DNA of 40,374 bases from positions 1 to 40,374 of the forward strand of contig CAJMCT010000001.1 of assembly GCA_905211955.1 (NCBI GenBank). The letters are read 5' to 3'. Below are positions 32,021-40,374 of this stretch, piece by piece. This stretch comes from an uncultured Eubacteriales bacterium. Lineage in GTDB: Bacteria; Bacillota; Clostridia; Christensenellales; Borkfalkiaceae. Numbering within the stretch: the stretch's first letter is position 1; each line of letters starts with the position of its first letter. Under the pieces are notes generated by a model, which was not told where the DNA came from, did not search any database, and saw only the letters and a program-made list of their open reading frames with translations. The position numbers were made by a program, and so were the translations under genes.

Positions 32021-32627
32021 TTAGTATATTGCTCCCTATCAGATTTTTTAAAGCTTTTGCCGGAAACTTCATTGCTACGTCCATCAACTGCTCTTTCGTA
32101 ATACCTTTTTCACGCATAAAATTGATCAGGCGTCTCCTTGCAAATTCGTCAATTTTCTCGCCGTTCAAATTGTTAAACAACTCCATAATCATATACGCAT
32201 TTGCATTGTCTTTGTTGATCTCGAAACGCGATTTACGCAAAATAAACGTCCTTCCGTCCATCTTTACTTCTCTTCGTTTTGCAGATTCGTTGTTCGACAC
32301 GATTTCATAAATATTGGGAACTTGCGTCGTTACGGAAAACATATTCTGTAGCTTTAATCCTCCGTACACACCGAACACTTCGCCGTTCCATTTCAAATAT
32401 CTACGGGCTATTACCGTGTCCGCCGTTATCGTGGACAAACCGATAAACGTATTACGCGGGATATAATATATTCCTTTTGCGAAATTAACTATTTCCTTTT
32501 TCTCTTCGGCTTCACGTATAAACCTGAAAATCTGCGGTCTTGAATAATCGGGGAAAAGCCCGATGATTTCTTCCGTATATATAGGTTCGTTCGTAGCAAA
32601 ACTGCTTTTAACTCTTTCGGTAAACAT
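32007..32627 (-). CDS. AbiEi-family antitoxin-like protein (second AbiE locus)
   Basis: 206 aa. Sits directly upstream of, and overlapping, the AbiEii 5' fragment. The N-terminal wHTH-like region is YSRPQIFRFIREAEEKKEIVNFAKGIYY. The call rests mainly on context. Confidence 0.55.
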   Translation of the reverse strand: MFTERVKSSFATNEPIYTEEIIGLFPDYSRPQIFRFIREAEEKKEIVNFAKGIYYIPRNTFIGLSTITADTVIARRYLKWNGEVFGVYGGLKLQNMFSVTTQVPNIYEIVSNNESAKRREVKMDGRTFILRKSRFEINKDNANAYMIMELFNNLNGEKIDEFARRRLINFMREKGITKEQLMDVAMKFPAKALKNLIGSNILNELA

Positions 32628-32789
32628 AGACTTAACCTCCTTTTACAGACATATTATGCTCAATCTTCGTTTATATGATACTACAATTTACCTAAAAAGT
32701 CAAGAGTAATATAATGACAATTCCATAAATTTTAGAAAATCGCGAAACAATATTGCCAAAAACACCTTTTCAGGACTCTTTTTACCGTT

Positions 32790-35700
32790 TTACCCCGCAA
32801 TCAAAGCCGCAATACCTCTGACAAGATAAGGGCAGGCAACAAGGATAACCGCGATTACAACAAGTCCGATGACGTAGTTTTTAATCATCTTTCTCGCTTT
32901 TTCTTTGTCCTCGTTCTTTGCCGCAATGCCGAAGAATACGCCCATCACGACGCTCCAAACGCCCGCGGTCGCCAAAAGCACCCACCACATATAAGGCTGA
33001 TACTGTTCAAACAGATACTCCACATAAGAAGATACCTTTTCGTACTGTTCACCCATATTCTGCGTGGTAATCGCTCCGCAATTCGTGCAGACGTAAGTAC
33101 GGATATTCTCTCCGTCCACAACGGACGATTCCGCAAGTTCAAAGTTATGCCCCGTAGCCGGGATCTCCGTATAGTATTCGTCGCCGCACTTCTCGCAGTG
33201 GAAAATTCGTTCTCCCGCCGTTTCGCAATGCGGTTCTCTCACGACTCTTGTGGTATAATCGTGATCTGTCGCTTTTACCGTATCGGTCAGATATTCGTAT
33301 CCGCAAACGGTACAGGTATGAAGCTGTCCGCCGTCCTCCGTACAGGTCGCCTCCTTTGTAGTTTCGGTATATTTATGACCGAGCGCCGTCCGAACGTCCG
33401 TTTCGTAAGTATCGCCGCAATTCAGACAGGTATGCTTGATACAACCGTAAGTCGTACAGGTTGCCTCTATCGTTTCGACGTCGTAGTTATGTCCGAACGC
33501 AAGTTTTACGTTCCCCTCGTACTCATCGCCGCAACTCGTACACTTAAAAACCGAATAGCCCTTTGTCGTGCAGGTCGGCTCAACGATTTTCGTTACGACG
33601 TAATTGTGCGTAATAGAAAACGTCTTTGTCGTGGACAGTCCGTATTCGTTCGTTACCGTTACGGTATAACTGCCTTCCGTCTTGATCCAAGTTCCTTTGG
33701 TATAATCATCTCCGTTCAGCGTTGCCGTGTTGCCGTTCGTCCAAGTGATATAGACGGAATTGTCCGTTCCCGATTGTTCTACCGTCGGATCAGGATACAA
33801 GATTTGAAGGTCAATCCAATAGGTTTGGCTTCTGTTTCCCAAATCGTCAACGGCGTAGAAATAATACTTTCCGTTTTCGCTTTCAAGCGTCGTCGAATAG
33901 GACGACGTTCCGGCAAGTACGTAACTGCTGCTTGACGGCGTTTTGTAATACAGCTTTACGCTTCCGCTGTCATCGCTTGCCGATACGGTAAAGCCGAGTC
34001 CGTAAGTCGAATAAAACTCCGTCTGCAAGCACCCGAGAATCGGCGCAGACTTGTCGAGAATAACCGTGTAAATCATCGAGAAGTTTCCCGCAGCGTCCGT
34101 ACAATAGAAACTGTACGTGCCTTCTTCTGCGAGCTGGCTTCCGCTCGTGTAGGATTCGTAGCCCGACGATGAAGGGGTTTGAACGTAAATGCTTTTGATT
34201 CCCGACATCGAATCGCTCGGCACAAACTTAACGTAGTTCGCATTGGTTTTTCCGCCGCTTGCGACCGTCGAAGTTCCGCCGTAAAGCGTTCCCGTCGGTT
34301 TTACGGTATCAAGACAAATCATAACCGTTTCGGATTCGTTTCCCGCATTATCAAACGCACGAAAACGGTAAATGCCGTTTGTATCCGTGGTCTGAATCAG
34401 CGTACCTGCTGCATAAGTTTCCCATACCGTACTGTTCGGCTTCTTGTACTGCATATAAGCGATTCCGCTCAACCCGTCGCTTGCCGTATATTTGAACGCT
34501 TTATTGGTCGTAGTCGTAACCGTCGTTCCGTTACTGTCGGTAATTTTTCCCGTCGGAATCGCCGTATCGAGATAAATTGAACTCACCGCAGAAGTGTTTC
34601 CCGCATTGTCCACAGCTCTGAACTGATACAAACCGTTCGTCGCGCTTGCGGAAATGGTTGTACCCGAAGAATAAGTCGTCCACGAAGAACTGCCCGGCGT
34701 TTTATATTGCAGGTAACTCACTCCGCTCCCCGTATCCGTTGCCGTATAGGAAAACGCACCGCCCGTGTAACCCGATATTGCCGTACCGCTACTGTTTTTT
34801 ATCGTTCCCGTAGGCGCGGCGGAATCAAGGTAGATCGTTTTCGTATCCGACACATTTCCTGCCTTATCTACCGCCCTGAACTGATACTGTCCGTTCGTTG
34901 CGGTTGAAGCAATCGTTGTACCCGAAGTATAGGACAACCACGAAGAACTACCCGGTTTTTTATATTGCAGGTAGCTCACGCCGCTCCCCGTATCCGTTGC
35001 CGTATAGGAAAATGCGCCGTTTGTGTAACCCGATATTGCCGTGCCGCTGCTGTTCTTTATCGTTCCCGTGGGTGTTGTCGTGTCGAGATACAAGTAATAT
35101 GTACTTGAAGTATTTCCCGCCTTATCCTTGGCGTAGAAATAATACAACCCGTTTGTTGCGGTCGATGAAACCGTTGTGGAAGTACCGACGTTTGAATAGT
35201 AACTGTTGCCCGGCGCTTTCATATAAAGTGCTTCCGCACCGCTTCCCGAATCGGAAACGGAAATATATGTGGAAGCGTTTGTGTATTTCCCGGTCGAAGA
35301 AGTCGATGCGCCGTTGATTGTCGGAGCCGTAGTATCTACGACAAATGAGGACGAAACGTCCATACTGTACCAAGCGTATGCTCGTGCGTTCGGATTCCAT
35401 CCCGCACCCCTCAAAGAACAGGTGAAATTATATGTACCGTCCGACAAATTCGACAGCGTATAATTCTTTCCTGACTGAGAACCTACGGTCGTTCCCGAAC
35501 TGTTGGTTACGCTCATCGAATAACCTTGTATCGACGCGTCAAGCGTAATTGTGAGCGAGTTGCTTGCTATCGCTCCGCCTTTGGTAAGATTCGCAGTACC
35601 CGAAGTGGAGCTTCCGTAAATATAAAACTGTACGGTCGTCATACTTCCGTTGTCGCCCTTTACGCTTGCAGATAAAACGCCCGTTCCCGAACCGTCAGCC

Positions 35701-35876
35701 GATTTAGACGTGTTATAGTTGTAATAGTGCGTATAGTCATACGCCAAGGTATATTTCGGCGTTGTCGCCGCATACGCCGTGTTTGTCGTCGCCATTGCCA
35801 AACACAGACTGATACAGAGTGCGAATACGGCAAGACACAGCCACCTTGCTATGCCTTTCAGTTTGGTTTTTACCAC
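32790..35876 (-). CDS. Large secreted/membrane-anchored surface protein with six ~85-aa Ig-like repeats and 4-5 CxxxG...CxxCG zinc-ribbon-like repeats
   Basis: Signal peptide ending AYA. Repeats of the PTGTIKNSSGTAISGYT..FSYTATDTGSGVSYLQYK..NGQYQFRAVDKAGN type. Cys repeats (EPTCTTKGYSVFKCTSCGDEY...GHNY). Two C-terminal TM helices. GTG start 8 nt after GGGGAGG. Confidence 0.8.
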   Translation of the reverse strand: MVKTKLKGIARWLCLAVFALCISLCLAMATTNTAYAATTPKYTLAYDYTHYYNYNTSKSADGSGTGVLSASVKGDNGSMTTVQFYIYGSSTSGTANLTKGGAIASNSLTITLDASIQGYSMSVTNSSGTTVGSQSGKNYTLSNLSDGTYNFTCSLRGAGWNPNARAYAWYSMDVSSSFVVDTTAPTINGASTSSTGKYTNASTYISVSDSGSGAEALYMKAPGNSYYSNVGTSTTVSSTATNGLYYFYAKDKAGNTSSTYYLYLDTTTPTGTIKNSSGTAISGYTNGAFSYTATDTGSGVSYLQYKKPGSSSWLSYTSGTTIASTATNGQYQFRAVDKAGNVSDTKTIYLDSAAPTGTIKNSSGTAISGYTGGAFSYTATDTGSGVSYLQYKTPGSSSWTTYSSGTTISASATNGLYQFRAVDNAGNTSAVSSIYLDTAIPTGKITDSNGTTVTTTTNKAFKYTASDGLSGIAYMQYKKPNSTVWETYAAGTLIQTTDTNGIYRFRAFDNAGNESETVMICLDTVKPTGTLYGGTSTVASGGKTNANYVKFVPSDSMSGIKSIYVQTPSSSGYESYTSGSQLAEEGTYSFYCTDAAGNFSMIYTVILDKSAPILGCLQTEFYSTYGLGFTVSASDDSGSVKLYYKTPSSSSYVLAGTSSYSTTLESENGKYYFYAVDDLGNRSQTYWIDLQILYPDPTVEQSGTDNSVYITWTNGNTATLNGDDYTKGTWIKTEGSYTVTVTNEYGLSTTKTFSITHNYVVTKIVEPTCTTKGYSVFKCTSCGDEYEGNVKLAFGHNYDVETIEATCTTYGCIKHTCLNCGDTYETDVRTALGHKYTETTKEATCTEDGGQLHTCTVCGYEYLTDTVKATDHDYTTRVVREPHCETAGERIFHCEKCGDEYYTEIPATGHNFELAESSVVDGENIRTYVCTNCGAITTQNMGEQYEKVSSYVEYLFEQYQPYMWWVLLATAGVWSVVMGVFFGIAAKNEDKEKARKMIKNYVIGLVVIAVILVACPYLVRGIAALIAG
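34566..35081. repeat. Near-identical tandem 258-bp coding repeats (two adjacent Ig-like units) inside the surface-protein gene
   Basis: The two units cover protein residues ~266-351 and 352-437 and differ at only ~15 positions. The corresponding DNA strings (for example ccgctccccgtatccgttgccgtatagga) recur at this period. Confidence 0.7.
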
Positions 35877-37334
35877 TTATTTAACCTCCCCTTTTTGATA
35901 ATTTTCGCCCGTTTTCTCCTCAAACAGGCTCTTGATATATTCTCCCGTCGTGATTTTCACGCAGGTGCGAAGTTCCGTAGAACCGACAAAGAACACCTGT
36001 CCCGTAACCGCCGATATAATCATTCTCTGCTCGTCGCCGTTGAAGCTGTCGCCCGCCTTGTAAACGTCCAAAACGTCTTTCATGTCGGGCGCGCTTAATT
36101 TGAAAATAAACGTGTACTGCGAGTTTTTGAGAATGGCGCTCGTCTTGCTCCTGAGTTCCTCGTTTGCGTTCCAGTCCGCAATGTTTTGCGTGGCGGGAAT
36201 AAATCCGCCGTTATATTTTCTGATACGCTTACTCATCGAAAAGAAAAAGTCCAAAGCAATCGGAAATTTCGCGTCGATGAAAAGATGTGCTTCGTCGGCG
36301 ATAATGAGCGTCCGCAAGTTTCTTCCGCTCTTGTTCGCTTCTCTCGCATTGATGACTTCCTGTTCGATAAAACGGAAAACAAGCAACATCTGCGCGTTCG
36401 CCACCGTATTGTTCTTATTTGCAAAAAGCGACTGAAAATTGAAGTCGATAAGGTTTGCATTGACTTCGAGCGTGGACGGCGCGTTCCAAATGTCCGAATA
36501 TCTGCCGTTTACAAATTTCTGCAAGTACAGTTCCGCCGTGCGCATATCGCGCAAGGTCAGATTGTCCATTTCCTCCTTGTTCTTCTCCTGCAATACTGCA
36601 AGCAAGTCGGAAAACAAAGGAAAGTCCTCTGCTTTGAAGTTCGTGCAGTCGGTCGTTTCGGTGATGCCTTTTCTCTCATACGCTTCCACGACGAGATTAT
36701 TGATGAGTTCGATAACGTCCGCGCTCGCGCCCACAAGAACGATTTTGAAGAAACTTTCAAGCATTTTCAGGTGCGTATTGAACGTAACCGCAGGCTCGGC
36801 GGGCGTTCCGTCCTCCGTCAGTATCTTATAGATATGGAAAGGATTGATTCTGCCTTCTTTCGCGTTGCCGACGTCTATCAGATTGCCCGACAGATTTTTT
36901 GTCAAGGTCAGGTACTCGGCTTCGGGATCGAGAATGATTACCCTCGTATCGTTCGCCCATTCGTTTGCGATGAGCGACTTTAAGAAGAACGATTTGCCCG
37001 AACCGGACTTACCGATAATCATACCGTTTGAGTTCTGATACAGGTTGCCGCGTTTCCACATATTGAAGATGAACGGATAGCCGTTCGCTTTGTTCTCTCC
37101 GAGCATAATGCCGCCCTCGTCCATAACGAACGTTCTCACGAACGGAAATACCGCCGCCAAGCTGGAGCTGTTGATGCCGCGCTCGTATGTTTTTAAGGTG
37201 GAAACGGGAGAGATTGCCGACGACCTGAACCCTTCTATCTGTAAACCGTAAAGATTAGACGGCTTGAAATTGCCCGTCATAACGTTTCTGCGCACCGATT
37301 TCTTGTAATTCTCGTCGTCAAGATATCCGTACTT
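35877..37334 (-). pseudogene. VirB4/TcpF-like conjugative T4SS ATPase, C-terminal ~485 codons only
   Basis: Walker A IIGKSGSGKSFFLKSL and Walker B LIIADEAHLF. The frame opens at 37334 without an ATG, and the ORF-track start is a GTG. About 300+ N-terminal residues expected for this family are absent. Confidence 0.65.
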
Positions 37335-37584
37335 TCAATTCGTTCTGTTCGCTGGCACGTATCATCTGTTCTTCCGGCGACGGCGTATCATCCGCAGGCT
37401 CGAAACCTGTTTCTTCATACATCTCATCGAGTGAAGAACATTTTTCGTAATATGTATCCTCCGACTTTGCAAAGCGATCCGTTTCACGGTTCAGTATTTT
37501 TACTGCTTGTTCCTGTTCTACGCTTTCTACTTCTACTTTTGCTACTTTGTAGCGATTGAGTTTGTAATAGACTTTCTTTTTCAT
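37318..37584 (-). CDS. N-terminal fragment of an ICE-type sigma-70-like regulator (truncated), or a small hypothetical protein
   Basis: 88 aa. The YYKLNRYKVAKVEV...DDTPSPEEQMI pattern resembles, from memory, the N-terminal part of conjugative-transposon sigma factors. The region 4 HTH is missing. The 3' end overlaps the VirB4 fragment frame. Confidence 0.4.
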   Translation of the reverse strand: MKKKVYYKLNRYKVAKVEVESVEQEQAVKILNRETDRFAKSEDTYYEKCSSLDEMYEETGFEPADDTPSPEEQMIRASEQNELKVRIS

Positions 37585-37656
37585 TTTGAAATCCTCCGAT
37601 TTTTGCGTTTTCTCAGTATTGAAGAAATTTTCGCAATCGGACAGATTTCTGCCCCA

Positions 37657-37700
37657 AATAGAAAAAGCCCGACTGCGAGGTAAAATCCTCGCAATCGGGC
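37657..37700 (-). terminator. Rho-independent terminator
   Basis: On the minus strand: GCCCGATTGCGAGG-ATTTTA-CCTCGCAGTCGGGC (13 of 14 bp paired) followed by TTTTTCTATTT. It lies downstream of the KTR gene. Confidence 0.6.
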
Positions 37701-37873
37701 ATAATAGGCATCAAAAAAGAAGCCTGACAAATAGAATAACCCTATGCTTTCAGGATTTTACTATCTGTCAGACTCCTCTTAACCTTCTCATTAAGTCCAG
37801 CCTCATAACAAGATGTCAGTAAAGGAATACAACGGCACTCCTTTACCCGCTGCTATTCAGTTTTCTTTTTTAT

Positions 37874-38062
37874 TTAAGCGTGTTGCTTTAACTGCTTGTC
37901 CTGCGTTGTCGTAAATATCGGCTTTTTGCTGATATGTATATCATCTTCTTCGATGATAACGGAAGCAAATTCTCCGCACTTCGGACACTCCATTTCCACC
38001 TTGGTTCCGTTTTCGCCTTTACAAAGACGTCGACCGCATTTCGGACACATTGCATATTTCAT
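37874..38062 (-). CDS. Cysteine-rich KTR-type zinc-ribbon protein
   Basis: MKYAMCPKCGRRLCKG...ECPKCGEF has two CPxCG pairs. The likely start is ATG 38062, preceded by GGAGG. Confidence 0.6.
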   Translation of the reverse strand: MKYAMCPKCGRRLCKGENGTKVEMECPKCGEFASVIIEEDDIHISKKPIFTTTQDKQLKQHA

Positions 38063-38212
38063 TGAATACAACCTCCTTCCTCCCAAGCCTTACATCCGAT
38101 TTGAATTTAAGCAACTGTTCAAGCATGGTCGGGATAACTCCAATGCAACAGTCGCTCATCGTCCGTAATTTCTATATCTTTGCGCTTTCGGGGCGTAAAG
38201 CGCATCAATACC

Positions 38213-38812
38213 TTAATCATATATCTTGATACAACTGACCAAGACTCCCTGTATCTCGCAATCCTTTACGACAATATCTTTCATCTCTTTGTTTTCGGGA
38301 TGCAGAATGACTTTGCCGTTTCTTCTGAAAATACGTTTCAAAGTCGTTTCGCCGTTTATCATTGCCACGACAATCTCTCCGTCATCTGCCGTGTTTTGCT
38401 TGCGGATAACTACGAGGTCGTCTTTTTTGATACCTATGTCAATCATACTGTCGCCGAACGTGCGGAGCATAAACAAGTCGCCGTTTCCGAAAATAGAGCG
38501 CGGAAGCGCAAAACTTTCTTCGATATTTTCTACCGCGTCAACAGGTTGTCCGCAGGCGATAGAACCCACAAGCGGCGCAATCGCAACTCCGCTCGGCTTC
38601 AGCTTCGGCGGCACGGAGATATTGCCGATTCGCGTCCTTTCGATTCGTCCCTTTCTTTCAAGCGCCAAAACGTATCTCTGTACAAGATTGAGAGAACTCA
38701 TCCCCACGCCGTGCATAATCTGACGGTAGCTCGGTGATTTTCCGTTCTTCTTCTGATATTCGGTGATATAGTTCTCCACCCGTTCCAAGGTGTTCGGGTT
38801 TAGCGTTCTCAT
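38213..38812 (-). CDS. lexA: LexA-like S24 autopeptidase repressor
   Basis: N-terminal LexA wHTH (SYRQIMHGVGMSSLNLVQRYVLALERKGRIER). Cleavage region PLVGSIACGQPVDAVENIEE. Ser nucleophile GDSM and Lys in ETTLKR. The start is ATG 38812 with an AGAGGA RBS. The ORF-track start is a TTG. Confidence 0.8.
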   Translation of the reverse strand: MRTLNPNTLERVENYITEYQKKNGKSPSYRQIMHGVGMSSLNLVQRYVLALERKGRIERTRIGNISVPPKLKPSGVAIAPLVGSIACGQPVDAVENIEESFALPRSIFGNGDLFMLRTFGDSMIDIGIKKDDLVVIRKQNTADDGEIVVAMINGETTLKRIFRRNGKVILHPENKEMKDIVVKDCEIQGVLVSCIKIYD

Positions 38813-38837
38813 TGGTAAGTCCTCTTTTGTTCTTATA

Positions 38838-38899
38838 TTGAACTTTGCGTTCAATTTAGATTGTGAGCGTATTATACCATTTCTTTTTGATTATTTCAA
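38838..38899 (-). promoter_or_regulatory. lexA promoter with a palindromic operator
   Basis: On the minus strand: TTGAAA (38899-38894), 17 nt, then TGGTATAAT (-10 at 38876-38871). The perfect palindrome TTGAAC-N5-GTTCAA (38838-38854) lies between the -10 and the RBS. Confidence 0.5.
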
Positions 38900-38950
38900 A
38901 TTTTCAGTTCCAAAAATTTGGCATTGAAAGACTTTTTTATGAATTTTTTC

Positions 38951-38980
38951 AAAAAAATTTGCTCCCACCGAAGTGAGAGC
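38951..38980 (-). terminator. Rho-independent terminator after the WYL regulator gene
   Basis: On the minus strand: GCTCTCAC-TTCG-GTGGGAGC followed by AAATTTTTTT. A T-run also follows on the plus strand, so it could act in both directions. Confidence 0.6.
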
Positions 38981-38994
38981 ATCTTTTTTACGGG

Positions 38995-39972
38995 CTAATA
39001 TACTTCTTTTATCTTTGCTACAAAGTCTGAAAACTCCGTAACTACCTTTTCAGGAGCTTTGATTTTGACCTTTCCCTGCGTTCCGACGATCCACGCAAAG
39101 AACGTTTTCGATACCTGAACGGCTACGTCAACCGTATATGTATTGTCGTCAATCTTTCTGATTCGTATATCGTCCCCGTAACGGTCGAACATATCCGAAA
39201 GAATTTTCGGCGTAAAAAGAAGGGTTACTTTTTGCGTTTCTCCGCCGAACATTGAAAACACCTGCTTTCGGTATTCTTCCGTATTGAATAACTCGTATTC
39301 CGGGTGCGGTTCGCGCTCCGCTTCTTCGACCTTTACGTTCTCCATTTTGTCAAGGCGGTACGTTACCATGTCGTCGTGTCCGTTTGAGAAACACAACATA
39401 TAATAATTATCCCTGTTCCACACTATAAAGGCAGGGTTGGCCGTATATCTGTCGCCGTTCTTTCGATAGACTTTTTTATGCTTCTCGTCATAGTCGAAAT
39501 ACAAGAAAGAAATTTGCTTGTTTTCTTCTATTCCGCGCTCTATGGCGTCCACGTTGTAAATCAAAGACGAACTTCCTTTTCTGCTTTTATCCAACGAAAT
39601 AATATGCTTTGAAAGATTCTCTGCCTGATGGGAACACAGCGTACCTGACAATTTTTCAATCATTATATTTTTCTGCGTAGAAGTCAGTTTGGACGCCTTG
39701 ATGACGTCTGCAAGCATAACGACTTCCGCCGTTTCAAGCGGACGGCTTACGACGTAATAATAGTAATACTTTTTCTTATAGGATAAAACCTCATAGCCGT
39801 ATTTATTTAATGCGGCTATGTCCGTTGCAACCACTTTACGCATTACGCTGATTCCGCGTTTTGCAAGTTCTTCGCGTATCTCGTCAGAGTTCATTGCGTG
39901 ATTTTCGTCCGTGTTTTTACACAGAATATCCCACAGAACAAGCAATTTGATTTTATTCGTATCGTTTGCCAT
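38995..39972 (-). CDS. HTH-WYL domain transcriptional regulator
   Basis: N-terminal wHTH pattern KIKLLVLWDILCKNTDENHAMNSDEIREELAKRGISVMRKVVATDIAAL. WYL-type core (YMLCFSNGHDDMVTYRLDKMENV). 325 aa. Confidence 0.75.
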   Translation of the reverse strand: MANDTNKIKLLVLWDILCKNTDENHAMNSDEIREELAKRGISVMRKVVATDIAALNKYGYEVLSYKKKYYYYYVVSRPLETAEVVMLADVIKASKLTSTQKNIMIEKLSGTLCSHQAENLSKHIISLDKSRKGSSSLIYNVDAIERGIEENKQISFLYFDYDEKHKKVYRKNGDRYTANPAFIVWNRDNYYMLCFSNGHDDMVTYRLDKMENVKVEEAEREPHPEYELFNTEEYRKQVFSMFGGETQKVTLLFTPKILSDMFDRYGDDIRIRKIDDNTYTVDVAVQVSKTFFAWIVGTQGKVKIKAPEKVVTEFSDFVAKIKEVY

Positions 39973-40249
39973 AAGCTATCCTCCTATAAAGCAGATGGTT
40001 GGGACGCATCAAAACATAATAATACTTTAATTATATATGATATCTCAAGTGTTAGCAGCATTTTTTCTATATATCGTAACAACGCCATCACAAATCTCAA
40101 ATATATTTATAGCCTCTTTCATAGCTTTCTCCCCATTAATGATTATAGTACAATAGGTAATTCACATTTTATTCTCCTAAATGCTTTTTACATACAGGTA
40201 TTTTTATTTAGAAGATATTTGTAATAAACATATTGATAAGTCATCTCCG

Positions 40250-40374
40250 CTACCGTTTTGAGATAGTTTCGGCAAAAATTCCGCTTTCCTGCAACAGTTC
40301 ATAAACAGCCATAAGAAGTGGTTCAATATCCGTAATATCCATAATTGCCATATTAGAAACTGCTTTCGTAAAGG
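40250..40374 (-). CDS. Possible 3' end of a gene running off the window (40 codons)
   Basis: Hand-translated frame ..FTKAVSNMAIMDITDIEPLLMAVYELLQESGIFAETISKR-stop. Too short to assign. Confidence 0.2.
   Translation of the reverse strand, partial: FTKAVSNMAIMDITDIEPLLMAVYELLQESGIFAETISKR

Noticed and set aside
33147-33935. A long plus-strand ORF (262 aa), plus the other plus-strand ORFs in the track (for example 36186-36983, 38180-38737, 29033-29431, 20987-21433 and 18132-18611).
   Set aside because: All lie antisense inside well-supported minus-strand genes that have recognisable motifs. Their translations are low-complexity (R/F/L-rich) with no motifs or RBSs. They are shadow ORFs.
1-40374. 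A search for CRISPR arrays, tRNA/rRNA genes and group II intron or retron-like structures.
   Set aside because: No array of regularly spaced repeats was found. The only tandem repeats are the 20-nt pair at 15048, the 61-bp-period pair at 16904 and the coding repeats in the surface-protein gene. No cloverleaf-like or rRNA-like segments were seen in the intergenic regions, and no reverse-transcriptase motif appears in any frame I read.

Overview
This 40.4 kb accessory region has every supported gene on the minus strand. The host is probably a low-GC Gram-positive (Bacillota/Clostridia-like); that is inferred from GGAGG-type RBSs and Tn4451-type, TnpV and KTR genes. (1) Positions 270-10970 form a defence island: a GmrSD-like DUF262/DUF1524 enzyme, a bcp / small basic protein / NUDIX operon, a type III R-M operon flanked by two small membrane proteins, an intact AbiEi/AbiEii pair and an IS21-like HTH fragment. 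(2) Positions 13076-28839 are a ~15.76 kb Tn4451/Tn5397-style mobilisable transposon. It carries a TnpX-like large serine recombinase and a MobV relaxase with a pMV158-like oriT. It has ~22 bp terminal inverted repeats and is flanked by directly repeated GA (TC on plus). It sits inside the 5' end of a second large serine recombinase gene, and deleting it in silico restores the catalytic YGRVSSEHEAQLSALENQ N-terminus. (3) The transposon cargo (17133-28490) is the main candidate for an undescribed system. It is a seven-gene, translationally coupled operon between one consensus promoter and one terminator: HTH protein, 1541-aa Upf1/DNA2-like SF1 helicase, 742-aa protein with a C-terminal HEPN-like RNGLQH motif, 361-aa coiled-coil protein, ClpB-D2-like AAA+ ATPase, small NrdG-like radical-SAM protein and RNase III-like protein. 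I cannot assign it to any named defence system from memory. (4) Positions 28838-37584 look like a decayed ICE-like outer element. It holds a TnpV-like gene, a second AbiE locus whose toxin gene is split by a promoterless ~0.54 kb lnu(A)-family lincosamide-resistance cassette, a 1028-aa repeat-rich surface protein, and a fused VirB4 fragment / sigma-factor fragment. (5) Positions 37874-39972 encode a KTR zinc-ribbon protein, a LexA-like repressor (Cys-Gly at the cleavage position, palindromic operator) and a WYL regulator. No rRNA, tRNA or CRISPR array was seen. All functions are inferred from motifs read by eye; no database search was run.
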